NCBI GenBank assembly: GCA_003614675.1
Contig: ML002347.1
Location: 1-39,699, forward strand
DNA from: Dimargaris cristalligena
Lineage: Eukaryota
DNA: 39,699 nt
Direction of reading: 5' to 3'
Shown: positions 1 through 12,388 of the stretch, in pieces
Numbering within the stretch: position 1 is the first letter of the stretch
Layout: each line of letters starts with the position of its first letter
Program-made: the position numbers and the translations under genes
Notes under the pieces: model-generated
What the model saw: only the letters and a program-made list of their open reading frames with translations
What the model was told of the DNA's origin: nothing
Databases searched by the model: none

Positions 1-1080
1 CCACTTGCTGCCACCTCTTGGAACAGAAAGTCTATCATCACCTTTCCCTTTTTATTACCTATCTTTTCGAATAAAGTTCAGTTTTCAAGGATTTGGGTTC
101 AGTTCTTTATAACCATGTTTTGTCATATAGTGCAGAGGTTTGGACTTTACTGGGTTTAAGGGGGTTTAGACTGAGGTGGCCTTGGGGAAGTCACTGCTGA
201 TCTTCTGGTCATCCATCACATTATATACCATTGTTTTATATCATCAGTTGATAAGAAAAATAAAATAAACTAAAAATATTATAAAAAAATGCTGTAATCA
301 AATAGTATAATTAATTTAGTACTCAGAGATACCACAACTTCAAACTAAGTGAATTAAAGTAAAACAAATAGGAGTAGTGGTAATAAAATAATCAAAATAA
401 AAACTGGGTAAAGGATAATTATCAGGGTCATCTGGTGAAGTTAATATAAATGTTTATTTTAAGTAATAGAGGCTTATATCAAAAATAATATATTACAAAA
501 ACACTTATCTCAAATTTAACTTGTCCCTTCAACTGAGGGGATGTGGCTAGGGTATATATAAGGAATTGACTGAACTAAATAAATAAAGCTAAGAATAATA
601 ACTGCAATAATTATAGGTTATAAAAACCTGTGATAGGAAAAAACTGACCTACTGGTTAAACTATAGTCATGAGTATGTTAAATGGAAGTAAAATGTAGAA
701 ATTGGAAGGTTGGAAGATACAGTCTTCCCAGTCCTCCTTTATGTTAGATATTGATAAAACTAATAAAAAGAATTCATGCTAAGTAGTTGTATGGTGCAAT
801 TCTAAGAAGAAATCCACCAGAGGCTAGTTATTCCCAAGCCCCACTCATAAAGGATCATTAATAGTATAAAAGTAGTGATATGAAGTAGTCAACCATTATG
901 GGTTAAAATTACTATTGATTTTGATGGCCTATAACTTCATTAATAATAAACGGAAAAACAAATGGAAGTATAAGTTGGAAAGCTGAAGGAAAGGAGAATC
1001 AGCTAGCATAAAGAGACAAAAATAATAAGTTTAGCCCCAGACTGTTCCCATGGAATTGGCTTGTTAATTGTCTGGTGACC
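1..1080. mobile_element. Probable degenerate transposon/repeat remnant (AT-rich, CpG-depleted, no intact ORF)
   Basis: Very AT-rich. I found only 2 CpG dinucleotides (near 68 and 951) in ~1080 nt and no ORF >=60 aa. No recognisable TE protein motif, so the class is unknown. Confidence 0.35.
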
Positions 1081-3450
1081 TCAAATCCGTCCAAAGTATT
1101 ACTACTTTATGGATTGGTAACTGGCGCTGGTGCTTATGCAGTCTCTGCCCAGCTGCCCATGGCAGCACACCTAGCGCAGATTACCCCAAATACAAAGAAC
1201 ATACACCAGATGGTAAGTCAGCAGTATCGTGGTATTGGTGGTAGATAATGCCTTTAGGAAATTGTACATCAATTTACTGCCTTTACCCACACACAGGCTG
1301 TTGGGCAGACTAATGGAAAAGACTTCGAAAGAGGGGATGATTACCTTGCCTTTGTGAAATCTGGCTGGCTAGGTAATTTTTGCCACCCTTTAGTGATGTG
1401 TATGGCCTATGGCAGATATTATCGTCAAACCCCAACTAATACATGTCTAATAATAGGCCCATTTGGTTTAATATACACTACCTGATCAAATATATATAAC
1501 TCGGAATATAGCACTGTCCATCCTTGCCAGCCGAAATCCGATGAATCCCACCACCCAGCGCAATTGGAGTTATTGTACAAGGAGCTGAGTATATTTCGGG
1601 TGTTGGTGCTCTCTTATTCGCACTGCTCCCCTACAGTCTGGGGAATCTGAGGTCTTTGCTGGCATCCTAGCAACTTATCTAAAGATGAATGTCCTATATG
1701 CCGAAACTCGTACTGACTTATTGTCCCTTAAGGTTCTACCCATTTGTATACCCAATGATTTGTGAATATTAGAAATTATTTATATATGTTATACATAACC
1801 GTCCTTAAAACTCATCCACATCCTATTACCCTTTACCCAAGTATCCCAGACAGTGCTCTGAATATAGGCTCGCTACTAATACCCACTTAAATTGGGCTTT
1901 TTTAGGCAGAACATTCAATATTGGCTACTGATATGTGGACTGAATGTACTTAGGTGTGTCATTAATAATGGTGGGGGGAGGAAGGAAGAAGGCAGTGCTG
2001 CAGCTAGGAGAGGCCAACTACCAAGGGCCCCTACCAGCATGCAACTCCGCCAGCTAGAACACACCACTGGGCCCTCCCGCTACAATTGCAATCAATAGTC
2101 AGGCAGTTAACAGATGCAGTCCCTGTTAAACGACAGGGGAGTCCAGGCCATAGAATGAAGGAAAGAGTATATTATCCTTAGTCCCCTATATCTCAATACA
2201 CTATAAGATAAATGCCTAACGTTCTTTACTTGGTTTTACGAGTTGTTTAGCCCTACTCAGTCCATATGCTACGATAGGGACCATTCAAGATAGTGTTGCT
2301 GACAATGCATCCCTGTCTTTGTACCCCATGGGGTTTTCAAACTCTTAAGTTATTTCAAATGAACTTAAGTAGCAGTACTTCGGCACATTAGTCGCAATAC
2401 TCGACCAAATAGCATCACTGTAAAGTAACATACTGCCAATGATGTTACTTTGGAAGTGCTAGAAGGTACTCGACTGGCATAGTGTCTACTGGAAATGTAT
2501 TAGAGTAGCTAGTAGGAAAGAACCAATTGACATTAACTATCCTAAAACTATTTAATTTCCTAAGAGTAAAAATAATCCATTAAACCATCAATTTGTCCCT
2601 AGATGCACCTCCTACAGAGGTCAATTGTACAGACAATCCTTTGAGTAATCTGTATATACATAAAAATACCACCGATTTTGGTCCTATAATTTTACGAGTG
2701 AACTATGAGGTGAAAAACAACTGGGGTATATGAGTGAAAGGGTCTTATTTGGACAGACTACTATATTTGACGCATTCCGCTCGGTCGGTTCAATGTCTAC
2801 ATCTATCCATCCTATTTTTTTTCACCACCATTCCTTTCTATTTTCCGGTGCCACATTTTTCACATTATTATATTATTATCTGATTACTGGTATTATTCAA
2901 TATTATTCCCAAATCCTATTACACGTGATAATATGTGCTACTACCCTCAGGTCACAGTCCTAGCCATACCCCACACAAGGTCGTATTCAACCTATTTCCT
3001 TTCGCATTTTAACAGCCGAATGTAAAACTACAATGCCATTTTCTAACGAAATAGGAAAATATGAATGGAAAAATGGATGTATATCCAAAAAGTATCAATA
3101 AAAGTCGGTGTGTGCGATGGGTGGTGTATGGCTTTAGCTGAAAATACCTATTTCCTATTTAAAATCTGTTCATTCGAGTAAAGCAACCGACTAAACAAAT
3201 GGTCTTTCCGTATCCATGTGCTAAACAGCAATGCAATAGCCCAGGCTTTCCCCAGGTCATTTTTCGTTATTTTACCATTGGTTTTTGAAGCAATCGTCTG
3301 TTCGGATACCAATTTTCGGTTTATATAAGAAAGCGACCCATTGCAGCACACAACTTGCGCCTTGATTAAAAAATAGACGATTAAATAAATTATTGCCATT
3401 TATCCAAAATATTTTATAGTTACATTAAACATCTCTCATATGAAGGACCA

Positions 3451-5193
3451 CTAAACTAAGGGAAGTTTCATGCATTTACAAAACTGACCCGACAGTCGCC
3501 GATGACGCTCGACTTGCTTTTGTCGGATTCGCCGGCGATGGAAAAGAGTGAGAGCTAAAAGAACCCCGCAAACAACACCGGTGGCCATCATAGCCGTACT
3601 GCCTTCGATGCCCAGGGGGGCGCATACGGGTCGGGCGGCCGTCAGCCCTCTGCTGCAAATATTGACCTTGTGGCAGGCGTAGCTGAAGCATACCCCGCCG
3701 AAGGAGGTTCCCGCCACAAATGCCAAGCCCAGGAATACCAGGAGCGCGGTGATATATGAGGCCAGCGCGGGTTCCAGCATCCAATGGCGTTTGTAGTCGC
3801 CGCTGAATTTGAACTGGGAGCACCGGCAGCCGGCGACGCGGTAAAACTCACGCTGCCCGTGAGGGGTGTGGACCGTCTCGTCGGACAGGGTGGAGTGGAT
3901 GGCCGAGTCGGTGAGCGACAGCGAGTGGGAGGGGCCGAACAAGGAAGCGTGGGACCGACTGTCGCGGAACGGCGAGCGGGCGAGGGCGAAGCTGGAAAGG
4001 ACACTGGTAGTTTTGGGCGGGTCGGCAGATAGGGCCATGTCGTAGATTTCGTGGGCCTCGTCCAGCCACGACTGATTCTTATAGGCATCCAGCGAAAAAT
4101 GCGAGGATGGATACTTGTCGTCACTAATAAGAAAAGTGTGGCGGTTGGGCCGTTCCCGGAAGGTGGACTGCTGACGGGGTACGGCCGAGGGGGTAGGCAG
4201 GCTGTGCCGGTGTATGGCCGGGGGCGGAGTTTCGTTGCGCAGAGAGGAGAGTGAGGATTCCGGAGGCGGAGGGGAAAGCAGGGCAGGCAAACCGGGGGTC
4301 GACTGGGCCAAATCCGCCCGATAACTCCGGCGATACTTGTAGAGTTCCCGGATGTTTCCCTCGGAGTATTTACGCGACCGCCGCTGGGGCTGAAAGTAAT
4401 CTCCCGCATCGGAAGGGTCCACAAAGGGGGACGCAGTTTTAGCGGGCCAGAACTCCTGCACCGCCCCGGGTTCCGAAACCGAAGGAGCGGATACCATGGG
4501 GGGCTGGTCGACTGCCTCTTCGTCCCAGCCCATGGGGCTCGACGGTGTGGGTAGGGCCTCAATAATAACGGGGGTAGCTGGGGGTAATTTATGGGGCAGG
4601 CGGAAGCCTGAATAATCGCTGTTCCGAAACACCGACGACTGGGCCGAGCGCCGGGAACTGTCATTTGGGACGCAAGGCAAGGGCTTAGTGCGAGCCTGTC
4701 GGGTTGGGGAAGCCAGGTGGCGGTGGTGGGTCACAGGAGGCTGGGGACTCACGGGGGTGTACTGACGCATGCGGTGGAACGCCTGAGTCAGGGGCTGGCG
4801 AGTCGGGGAGCTGGATGGGGAAGGGGGGCCGGACGGCTCGGGACTCGATGGGGGAGAGTCACGGATAGCTATTGCTTCGTCGCTGGATGACCCACCCTTC
4901 TCGTGGTCCACCGAATGGTTCCGAGCCGTACTCATGGAAGTATCCGGTGAAGTATGCGTTGTGGCATCCTTAACCGGGCTCATAGACGTAGCTAAGGAAG
5001 TGTCTAGCGATGTGCTCACGGAGGTGTCCATGGAGGTTTGGAGTTGAACCACTTGGTACTCATGGCAGTATTCATAGTCACTCGAATAGTAGGCGGAGTC
5101 GCGCTGCTGCTGACTCACGGCACCCAAGCTATAAATATCCATTACGGACATGCGCCCGCTAGGCAGAGATACATTGGCAGTGTCCGTGGTCAT
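3451..5193 (-). CDS. Uncharacterised 580-aa protein: long Ser/Pro-rich disordered N-terminus, two C-terminal TM helices with a Cys-rich loop
   Basis: Long GC-rich ORF in AT-rich surroundings. Hydrophobic segments YITALLVFLGLAFVAGTSF and AMMATGVVCGVLLALTLF, followed by basic HRRRIRQK. A minus-strand branch point TACTGAC (5230-5236) and TAG acceptor (ending 5212) suggest an upstream intron or exon. Confidence 0.75.
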   Translation of the reverse strand: MTTDTANVSLPSGRMSVMDIYSLGAVSQQQRDSAYYSSDYEYCHEYQVVQLQTSMDTSVSTSLDTSLATSMSPVKDATTHTSPDTSMSTARNHSVDHEKGGSSSDEAIAIRDSPPSSPEPSGPPSPSSSPTRQPLTQAFHRMRQYTPVSPQPPVTHHRHLASPTRQARTKPLPCVPNDSSRRSAQSSVFRNSDYSGFRLPHKLPPATPVIIEALPTPSSPMGWDEEAVDQPPMVSAPSVSEPGAVQEFWPAKTASPFVDPSDAGDYFQPQRRSRKYSEGNIRELYKYRRSYRADLAQSTPGLPALLSPPPPESSLSSLRNETPPPAIHRHSLPTPSAVPRQQSTFRERPNRHTFLISDDKYPSSHFSLDAYKNQSWLDEAHEIYDMALSADPPKTTSVLSSFALARSPFRDSRSHASLFGPSHSLSLTDSAIHSTLSDETVHTPHGQREFYRVAGCRCSQFKFSGDYKRHWMLEPALASYITALLVFLGLAFVAGTSFGGVCFSYACHKVNICSRGLTAARPVCAPLGIEGSTAMMATGVVCGVLLALTLFHRRRIRQKQVERHRRLSGQFCKCMKLPLV

Positions 5194-6978
5194 GCTGCTG
5201 GTTGAATATGCCTATGTATTAGGAATGGCGTCAGTAAGCGATATGGCCACCCCTCAGGCGGCGCAAAAAATACAGTAGGCGGACAATCGATAACGGCAAC
5301 CACTTGAGAGGGGCCTAGTAAAGCCCACAAATATATAAACCCGTAGGTTTGGTTAAAACAACGCTATATTTCTAGGCGAGGTTAATGTTGTACAAGACCT
5401 CCTGACTGGCAGCTCAATTCGAATATATAAAAGCTGATTGTTCACAAATGGGTAGTTTGGGGGAGGGTAAGCAATGATCTATGGGGAAGACCACGGTTGC
5501 GTTGTGGTATTCGGGAAGTCTGGGGTCGCGGTTGAACAATGGTAGTATTCGCGTGTTGGTAAAGGTGGTGGTGAGTTGGGGAGAAGAATCAGACCCAATA
5601 AAACAACGATAGATGTAGTAAAATAATATTCGATAGGCTCTAGAAGAGAGGTCAGGCAGGGTGCAGATTGGGTTTTATAGTGCACTAATTAATTCCTAGA
5701 AAAAGGACTAAATATCGACGGGTGGTTTGGAAATTAGACTAACACCAGAGTGGTAAAAATAGATGCCTTCCAAGAGAATAGGTAGCAGGGGTGACCCATT
5801 AGGATATAATCGGGCCGACACCAATTGCCTATATACCAAGTCTGAGCAACCGTGTTCGTGCAGGGATGCAGGAAATAGCCTCCCAGATGCACTGGGTGAG
5901 GGGAAGGGTGTCAGAGTCCAAAACACGGAGCGGGGAAAAGATGAGCGCATCGGAATCAAATAAATGAGGTTTACCATACACACTGACCCTTAAATGTATT
6001 CTTACCGACCACTACCCTGAATAGACCTAGGGCCCCCCTGATTCCTGCTGATTGCTTGGCCAACAGTACGAGGACCCGTGGATAAGGGTGGGCCGCTCTA
6101 ACTGGTTCGGATAGCCCCCGTCGGCTAGGTGGCAGGTCGCAGCTGGTCAGACACCATCAATGAATGGGGGATATCGACTGTGAACTCGCCATCGCTGAAG
6201 CCAATGAGCCCGGTAGTGTGTACCTTAAGTTTGGGTTCCAAGTAAATGCCGAATACGGACGGAAGGGGGTCCTTTGTAGACTCAGCTGGACCCTTGACAT
6301 GATCCGGTCCCATCTACGGAAGAACAGGGGGGGACAGGCGATCGGAGTTTGACCGGACACCACGCTTCACTGAGGGGCCATGGGTCTATAATTATTTATA
6401 GAGTGTTCGGCAAAATAATCGACCACCTCAGAATCCATGATTCCAGTGGCGGACAGGGGCCGGCTATGTATACGCCTATTCACTACACCGGCTGGTGTTG
6501 TACAGGCCCTACACCAGCTAAGCTAACCCCAGTAGACCACACAGTTCGCACGTTTGACCCATGACCCATTTGCATTAATAAGGAAACCGGTCGCTCCTAA
6601 ATAGCCACAATCGGCATGATTTATAAACCTCGGCTCGCCTACTACACGTAGACTTACGCCAAGTTTGCTATATATTAAAATACAATCAGGTGCTCGAGTC
6701 CGTGTGGGGAAAGCCTGGCTGGCATGTACATTTGCTGGGTCGCTAGAACGCACAGCCAGCCACCTCGGATACGACCACTGAGGAGGACATGGCATAGCGG
6801 TTGCTATTCATAAGAATACCCATCTATGCAGGGTCGCTTAAGGGTTTAGCACTCTCGCTATTCTCTACACCACTAATATTTTATGAGCACTAGTGGCCAG
6901 TAGGGCTGGTGGTGACTTTCCACAATCGAGCACTGCCAAGCAGGGATCTGGGAAAACAATTGCAGGTACAGTTGCTTC

Positions 6979-7123
6979 AATATGGGTGAAATTCGACCCA
7001 ACTGTATAGGGTTTTGAATGATATGTGTATGGGATAATATATAAGAGATAGATTATTAACCAGTAGTATTCGCCCTGTCCAGCGGATATTTCGTTATACA
7101 GCCTGGTTGAACCTCTCCCATAT
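6979..7123. repeat. Dispersed repeat, copy A (145 bp)
   Basis: Ungapped manual alignment to 26957-27101 in the same orientation, 123/145 identical. Confidence 0.9.
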
Positions 7124-7668
7124 TCTAGCTACCTCGGGTCTAGCAAAACTGCAATTTATATTCTCGTAGCTCAGTTGATTAATCCGCGATTCAAATGCTT
7201 GTCCTGCCAATATATAGGTTGCAAACGAAATGATGAGTTGTTCCAATTCGACCGTTTTACAATCTGGTTGGTCTGTCATTCATTCCCTGCGAACAGGGAT
7301 TAGGCCCAACCACGTGATCCCGGCCACTTACTTTTTTTACAGCAATGCTCCACTTATTAGTTGTTTTCTCCCGCCTATTTTTGGCAGTTCTACCTACCTA
7401 CACATGGGCCAACCTATTCGTCTATTGGTAAAACAACGAATATGTAAAGCAGGTCCTTTTTCTTGAATCTGGAATGAATGAGAGAGGTTGATTCAGTCCT
7501 ACTCCACTACTTCAGCTGGTTCACATTTCCTTTACTGTTGGGCCCATTTTCCAACCCTAACCACCATATTCCCCCTCCCGCCTCAACTAGGACTCCCTCC
7601 ACCCTCACCCTACTCTCGCTGATTCTCTCTCAAATAATATTTATATATATACCCCCTCATTATTCGCC

Positions 7669-8436
7669 ATGCCCGTTCTGCCTGCCTCCATGGCCGCTCA
7701 TTCGAGCGAGCTCGAGTTGCTTCTAACCGAAGCCAAAGCGTATCTGACGGAACATCCCAACCCGGCAGCGGGGAAAGACCCCATTAACCCTCTTCTTATC
7801 TGTCGACTGAGCGGGGTTGATTTCGCCACTGAACAACTCCCCATTGACATTTACGGCGCCGGCCCGGCCACGCTCGACCGCAGCCGGATCCGCGAGAAGG
7901 ACAACACCCTCGACGCTGACCTGGCCAGCACCAGCGGAGCAAAGCCGACCCCCACGGAAGTCCGGATAGAAAGCCAGGCCCTGCCCGGTAAGCCCCAGAG
8001 ACACCCGGGCCGGCACGAGAAGGGCTCCAGCGGACCGGGCTGGTTCAACATGAAGCGGCCCCAGCTCTCCGAGAGCGTCCTCCGGGACCTACAGGCCATC
8101 CAATACCGGGGGGTGTTGGACACCAGCCGATTCTACAAACTGGACAAGAAACGCAGTTTGGTTCCCGACCATTTCCAGATGGGCACCATTGTGGAGGCCT
8201 CGCACGAATTCTATTCCAGCCGCATGACGAACAAGGAGCGTAAGGGTACCTTGACTGACCAGTTCCTGCGGACGGACGGTGTGCGAGAGATGTTAAGGAC
8301 TAAAACGACCAAGATTCACGCGGACAGTGCCGATAATCGGGCGGCCAGGGTTAAGCGGCAGTTCAAGAACCTGAAGGGTTACGATCCTCGCAAGCGGTCT
8401 AAGTCCGAAGTCAGAGCGAGACTAGGCAAATACTAA
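7669..8436 (+). CDS. FCF2: Fcf2 pre-rRNA processing domain protein (DNTTIP2/Fcf2 family)
   Basis: Single-exon 255-aa ORF. Motif G.GWFNM....L.....RDLQ....RGVLD..RFYK...P..FQMGTIVE...EFYSSRMT.KERK.TL is the Fcf2 signature; basic C-terminus. Confidence 0.88.
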   Translation: MPVLPASMAAHSSELELLLTEAKAYLTEHPNPAAGKDPINPLLICRLSGVDFATEQLPIDIYGAGPATLDRSRIREKDNTLDADLASTSGAKPTPTEVRIESQALPGKPQRHPGRHEKGSSGPGWFNMKRPQLSESVLRDLQAIQYRGVLDTSRFYKLDKKRSLVPDHFQMGTIVEASHEFYSSRMTNKERKGTLTDQFLRTDGVREMLRTKTTKIHADSADNRAARVKRQFKNLKGYDPRKRSKSEVRARLGKY

Positions 8437-9148
8437 AATGAGAAGTAGTAGGAGCCACGGGATGGACAACCCATATGTATACCCTTTGATAGCTTTCTAA
8501 ACTGTCTCGCAATAATAAAGTCCCGGCTCTGACCTATTTCCTTGGCTGGATCGCACCTTGTGGTGTTGGTTAATAATTCCGCCGGCTATTTACTATGAGC
8601 TGATTTGCCCGTTGACGGGAGAGGTAGGCAGTAAGGAAAAGGGTTACTTACTTACTAGAGGATGTAAGGTAATATAGAGGGGTCTGCCGGACCTTGCCCA
8701 GGGAATATTATCTAAGCCTGGTCATCTAACCGCCGATATGACCAAGAAATATGGTAAATTTGAGTGGTCAGATGTTTCCGTTGGCCTATAACAATGGCCC
8801 TGGTAATTTCCTCTCAGCCTGCACGGTCGCGGATATTGTATTCCCTCCGTCAATCTAATAATGCACGCCACTTGTGTAGTATAGTTTACCTACTCGCTTA
8901 TTCTCAGCTGGTCATATGGGGGTTATGCCCGTGGCTTTTCACCTGAAGACGACTTTGAGAGAGTGGGTGACTGGCACCGGAGTGGACAATACTCCCTTTT
9001 TAGTTCCCTCTACGTTCGTCCCCCGTCGGCATTGGCTAATAGATAAGAGCAAGTCGGCTTGGTTCTCTGGCCCAGAGGGTTTTGCCAGTAGTAATCGGCG
9101 ATTTACACGTGCCGGTGGCCGCTGCATTCCCGTATAAGTTATCATTTA

Positions 9149-9156
9149 TATATAAA
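9149..9156 (+). promoter_or_regulatory. Putative TATA box of the carrier gene
   Basis: TATATAAA about 260 nt upstream of ATG 9416, followed by a pyrimidine-rich leader. Confidence 0.35.
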
Positions 9157-9415
9157 AGATACATAGTATAAGCAAAGCACACCCATGTGACGGTAGTAGC
9201 CCCACCCAAACCACCACAGTATAAGCCTCCCCCTCCCCTCCTTCCTCTTCACGCCAAGTCAAGCTATTTCCACTACTATTCTCGTTGGTTCAACCCCTCC
9301 AGTGCCCCCACCACTCATACACTATATATACATTGGTTGTATTATTCCGTGTGCCCTCCTTCAGTATATTTCGTCTTCCTTAGTTTCCCTTGAATTCCTC
9401 TGTTACGCCCACCAC

Positions 9416-10519
9416 ATGTCTTCCTCTCCCGAACCCACCGCCGTCGCCGCTCCGGCCCCGCCCCCAACCTCGGCCGTCAAGTCGTTTCTCTCGGGCGGCT
9501 TCGGTGGCATTTGCCTAGTGGCGGCCGGTCACCCCCTGGACCTGATAAAGGTGCGCCTGCAAACCTCAACCCAGTACAAAGGAACCCTCGATGTATTCCG
9601 CCAAACCCTGGCCAAAGACGGCATTCGGGGTCTGTACCGGGGCATGGCCACTCCATTGGTCGGGGTCACCCCCATCTTCGCCACCTGCTTCTGGGGCTAC
9701 GATATGGGCAAGCGCATTGCCCGCTGGAGCTCCCAAACCGTAAGTACCTTTCTCCTTCCCCCTACTTATAGCTACCGCATTCAGTACATTCAGTAGGTGG
9801 ACAACCCCCCATGCCTCGAGATATGGAGGCTAGCTCCTCGCTTATATCCCAGTGTCTAACCCCTTCTCCTTTTATAGCAATACCAATACCAATACCAATA
9901 ATATCCACACCCCCATTAACTTACTTAGGACGCTTCGACCCCGCTAACCATGGGCCAGATCCTCTTCGCTGGTGGGTTCTCGGCCATCCCGGCTACGCTT
10001 CTCATGACCCCCACCGAACGCATCAAATGCCTACTCCAGATCCAAGGCCACTCGAACGCCCCACCCAAATACAACGGTCCTATCCACGCCGCCCGGGTAA
10101 TTCTGAAGGAAAGCGGCATCCGAGGCCTCTTCAAGGGTACTGGGGCTACCCTCCTGCGGGACATCCCCGGGTCCGTGGCCTATTTCGGGGCCTACGAGCT
10201 CTTCAAGCAGATGTTTACCCCGGAGGGGGCCGAGCCGGGCCAACTCAGCACCGTCGCCGTGCTAATGGCCGGTGGTCTCGCCGGTATGGCCAACTGGGCC
10301 GTGGCTATTCCCCCCGATGTGCTCAAATCCCGCCTGCAAACCGCCCCCGAGGGCACCTACCGGGGCATCCGCGACGTGTTTGTGCACTTGATGAAGACCG
10401 AGGGACCGAAGGCGCTCTTCCGCGGCTTAGGCCCGGCTATGCTGCGGGCTTTCCCCGCCAATGCGGCCTGTTTCCTGGGCGTGGAGGTCTCCCTGCAAGC
10501 GATGAACAAGCTATGGTAA
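9416..10519 (+). CDS. CRC1: Mitochondrial carnitine/acylcarnitine carrier (SLC25A20-like), ~304 aa, 2 exons
   Basis: Exons 9416-9739 and 9929-10519; intron GTAAGT...TTAG (9740-9928), phase 0. Three carrier signatures [30 protein letters not shown]. The motifs GVTPIFA, RDIPGS and RAFPANAA are typical of the carnitine carrier. Confidence 0.9.
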
Positions 10520-11441
10520 ATCGAGAAGTACACGTCGTATAGATTCAGCAGACACCCTCTAGAGCCACATCAGTCCTATTTATTTAATACACTACCCCTC
10601 TCCTCTCCTATACTATTTTATTTTTATTCCTATTTCTACTTTTATGGTTGGTACTCAACCAGCGGATGGTGGGGGGGAGGGGGTTCTCTAGCGGTTACTG
10701 TTCATTTTGTAAATTGGCACATCAGATACGCGGAGTTACAATACCCTTTCCCACCCGGGCTTCACCTGTATTTATTTCAGGGGGCATTTTATAGTATCTA
10801 ATAGTTGACAGACAATAAACCACCGCAGCACCCATCATTAGTTACAGAGTGGGCATTGGTTTTATCTAAATGAAGGCATGGCGCACTAGAGGCACTACTA
10901 CTACCACCAATGGCCTAATTTCGCTTATCAGCAAGTCATTGGGGGCACCCCATTGTAAACCAGTCTACTGACTCTCGTGTAATGGGAGCTGATCCAATCC
11001 CGAATGCGTTACACAAGAGCATAGCCCCGCTGGGCAGTCTCAATCAATCGTCAAGGATAGTAAAATTGGCCAAGACCGGTGGTTTATGGTGCTAAAGGAA
11101 TGAGTACAATGATGAAAGTCAATCGTCATCAAGGACTGGTCGCGGGGATCCCGCTCACCTACTAATTATTTTTCTCGGAATGATCCATGTAGAAGAGGAA
11201 TAATGCCTGCACTTTGCTGCATGGCCAGGGATAATAAGGATACAATTTGATATGGTTAAGTTGAAGAATAAGAGTAAGGATAAGGCTAATAAATCAGGGT
11301 ATCGTAATATAAGATGTAGAAAACAAGACGACGAAGAAATGGACAACGAAGGACATGGGTAGCGATAGATTCTCGGACAGCCCCTCCAACCATAACCCTA
11401 GACGGGGTGGTGGCTTGGCTAAATCTGCCGACGGTACCAAA

Positions 11442-12388
11442 TTAGACCTTCTTCTTGTCCGGATCTACCGAGTCGAGGGGAGGGCTGCCACTGGATGGTG
11501 AAGGTGGATGCGAATGAACGTCAATGGCGGAGTCTCCGTCCGTAGAGGGAGTGTACTCGCCGGCCTCACTGGCACGGTCCAGAATCTGGTTATGGGCGCG
11601 AAGTAGGTTCACTTCCAACAGAGGCATATCCAGCTCGTGGCTTAATTGGTGAATAGAAGCAACAGAGAGGGGATCCTCATCAGTGACTCGGAATAGGGCC
11701 TCACGGGCCTGGAAGATGGGGTCAGTACCGGTGAAATCGACCTGGTTGTTGTGTAGCAGCCAGAGGAGGTGGTCGGCGCCCTGGTAGGCGCGGTAATGAC
11801 TGTAGACCCGGAACAGGTTGTAGAAGAGGAATACGTTGGGGACCAGCGGCACCAGGCTAAAGGCCAGGGACAGGGGCAGCCAAAGGCAGCTTAGGGTGAG
11901 GTAGCGTTGGTGATAGGGTTTGCGCTGGGTGATTAAATGGGTAAGTTTGGTCTGCACCTCGTCGGTGTCCAGGGTTGCGGGGCATATTACGGGCATCTGG
12001 GAGAAGGTGAGAGGGTATAGTGCCACGTAATGAAAAGGAATGATTAATAAGAACAATCTGGTATGAGGGCATGGCCAAAAGCAATAGAGATATATAGAGT
12101 GACGTATGCCCAAAAGAGATAGGTATTTCTTACCCGGCCGCGATCTTCGACGGGGTTGCGAGGGGGAACGCTCTTCAGAAACCATTCGTGGTAGTCGATT
12201 TTGTCCATGAGGTTGCTACCGGAGGTATACAGGCGGAACTTCCAGCTGTTGGGCTTGGCGGCGGACAGGCCTTCCCATTTAGTGGAGGCATAGTCGACCC
12301 AGCGAGCCAGACGACCCGAGGGCAGGACGGAGGTTTGGCAGTGGTAGCCCCAGTGGTTCTTAAAAATGGGAACAACGAAGAGACGCAT
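11442..12388 (-). CDS. Mitochondrial K+/H+ exchange-related protein (Mit_KHE1, YDL183C-like), ~269 aa, 2 exons
   Basis: Exons 12388-12134 and 11996-11442; intron GTAAGA...CCAG, phase 0. Motifs MRLFVVPI, KIDYHEWFLKSVP and LVPLVPNVFLFYNLFRVYSHYRAYQGADHL fit this family. Confidence 0.8.

Noticed and set aside
1690-2390. Weak inverted similarities (~1697 vs ~2385; ~1935 vs ~2262)
   Set aside because: Short and gapped, without a common centre; cannot be called TIRs.
3642-4664. 340-aa alternative-frame ORF inside the 580-aa gene
   Set aside because: Arg/Pro-rich shadow frame of GC-rich coding DNA with no motifs.
7085-7105. Hammerhead-like CTG...CGAAA on the minus strand of the dispersed repeat
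   Set aside because: The core reads CTGTATAACGAAA rather than CTGANGA-stemII-GAAA, and there is no proper stem II.
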